Shown piece after piece: positions 63,190 to 64,000 of a stretch of DNA of 64,000 nt. The position numbers and the translations under genes are program-made. Position 1 is the stretch's first letter. Each line of letters opens with the position of its first letter. This stretch comes from Mobula hypostoma (lineage: Eukaryota). Under the pieces are notes generated by a model. It searched no databases, had not been told where the DNA came from, and saw nothing but the letters and a program-made list of their open reading frames with translations. The stretch is taken from contig NC_086109.1 of the NCBI RefSeq assembly GCF_963921235.1, positions 22,198,001 to 22,262,000 on the forward strand, given 5' to 3'.

Positions 63190-64000
63190 TTAGACCATAA
63201 GACATTGGAGCAGAATTGGGCCCTTCTTACACATCCAGTCTGCTCTGCCATTGCAACACCGCTGATTAATTATCCCTGTCAATCACTGTCTCCTAAGGGC
63301 TTATACAGACATGTTAAGAGTAAAAGGATTGCAAGGGAGAAAATTTGTCCTGGAAGAGCAGAATGGTAATGTATGCGTGGAGCCAAATGCGAGGGGGGAG
63401 ATATTAAATGTATTTTTTTGCATTTGTATTTACTTGGGAGTTGGACCTAGTCTATAGAAGTGAGGCAGAGGGGCTGTTTCCTGCCTTGAGGGAAATTAGG
63501 GTAGATAAATCTCAAGGGCCTGATGAGGTATTTCCTCAGGCCCTGCAGGAGGCAAGTGCAAAACTTGCAGGGGCCCGAGCTGAGATATTTAAATCATCCT
63601 TGGTGACAGATGAGGTACGAGAATTGGAGAGAGCTATTGTTTTTAAAAAAGGCTCTAAAAACAAACCAGGAAGTTATAGGTCAGTGAGCCTGACATCAGT
63701 AGTGGGAAAGTTATTGGAAGATGTTCTAAGGGACCAGATGTATGAGTATTTGGATAGACATGGACTAATTAGGGATTTTCAGCATGGCTTTGTGGATGGC
63801 AGTTTTTCAAGGAAGTTACCAGGTAAGTTGAAGGCCAGGCATTGGATATTGTTTACATGGACTCTAGCAGGGCATTTGCCAAGGTCCCACAGGGGAGGCT
63901 GGTCAAGAAGGTTCAGTCACATGGCATCTGACATGAGGTAGCAAATTAGATTGAACATTGGCTTTGCTGGAGCAGCCAGAGAGTAGATGGTTGCCTCTCT
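63190..64000. mobile_element. CR1 3' end (-, 63190-63295) followed by a degraded CR1 RT fragment (+, 63296 to window end)
   Basis: DKSQGPD, FKKGSKNKPGSYRSVSLTSVVGKLLE, QHGFV. Confidence 0.88.

Overview
Vertebrate genomic DNA, inferred from the repeat families (CR1 LINEs, HE1/V-SINE-like SINEs, Penelope ends) to be a cartilaginous fish, probably a ray. The + strand carries the 3' two-thirds of a MAGI3-like scaffold gene: 15 coding exons from 15307 to 59190 that I joined by hand. All splice phases agree, giving about 1018 aa (WW2, PDZ1-PDZ5, low-complexity tail ending KTLITPGPWK). There is also a stop-containing cassette exon at 53945-54029. The 5' exons (PDZ0, GuK, WW1) were not found and presumably lie upstream. 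Introns are dense with transposons. One 11.4-kb intron holds a four-level nest: CR1 > Tigger > inverted Tigger > (an ORF1-only half-L1 and a full-length CR1 with both ORFs open). The strongest signal is in that intact CR1. ORF2 has no AUG before codon 202, sits in the -1 frame, and overlaps ORF1 by only 16 nt. That overlap contains an in-register U_UUA_AAC slippery heptamer, retained in diverged CR1 copies, which suggests -1 ribosomal frameshifting. Other notable items are a duplicated 'poison' splice donor, a GC-AG intron and a TSD-flanked hairpin element with a hammerhead-like core. Family names and homologies come from motif recognition only, not database searches. Repeat boundaries are approximate unless a TSD is given.
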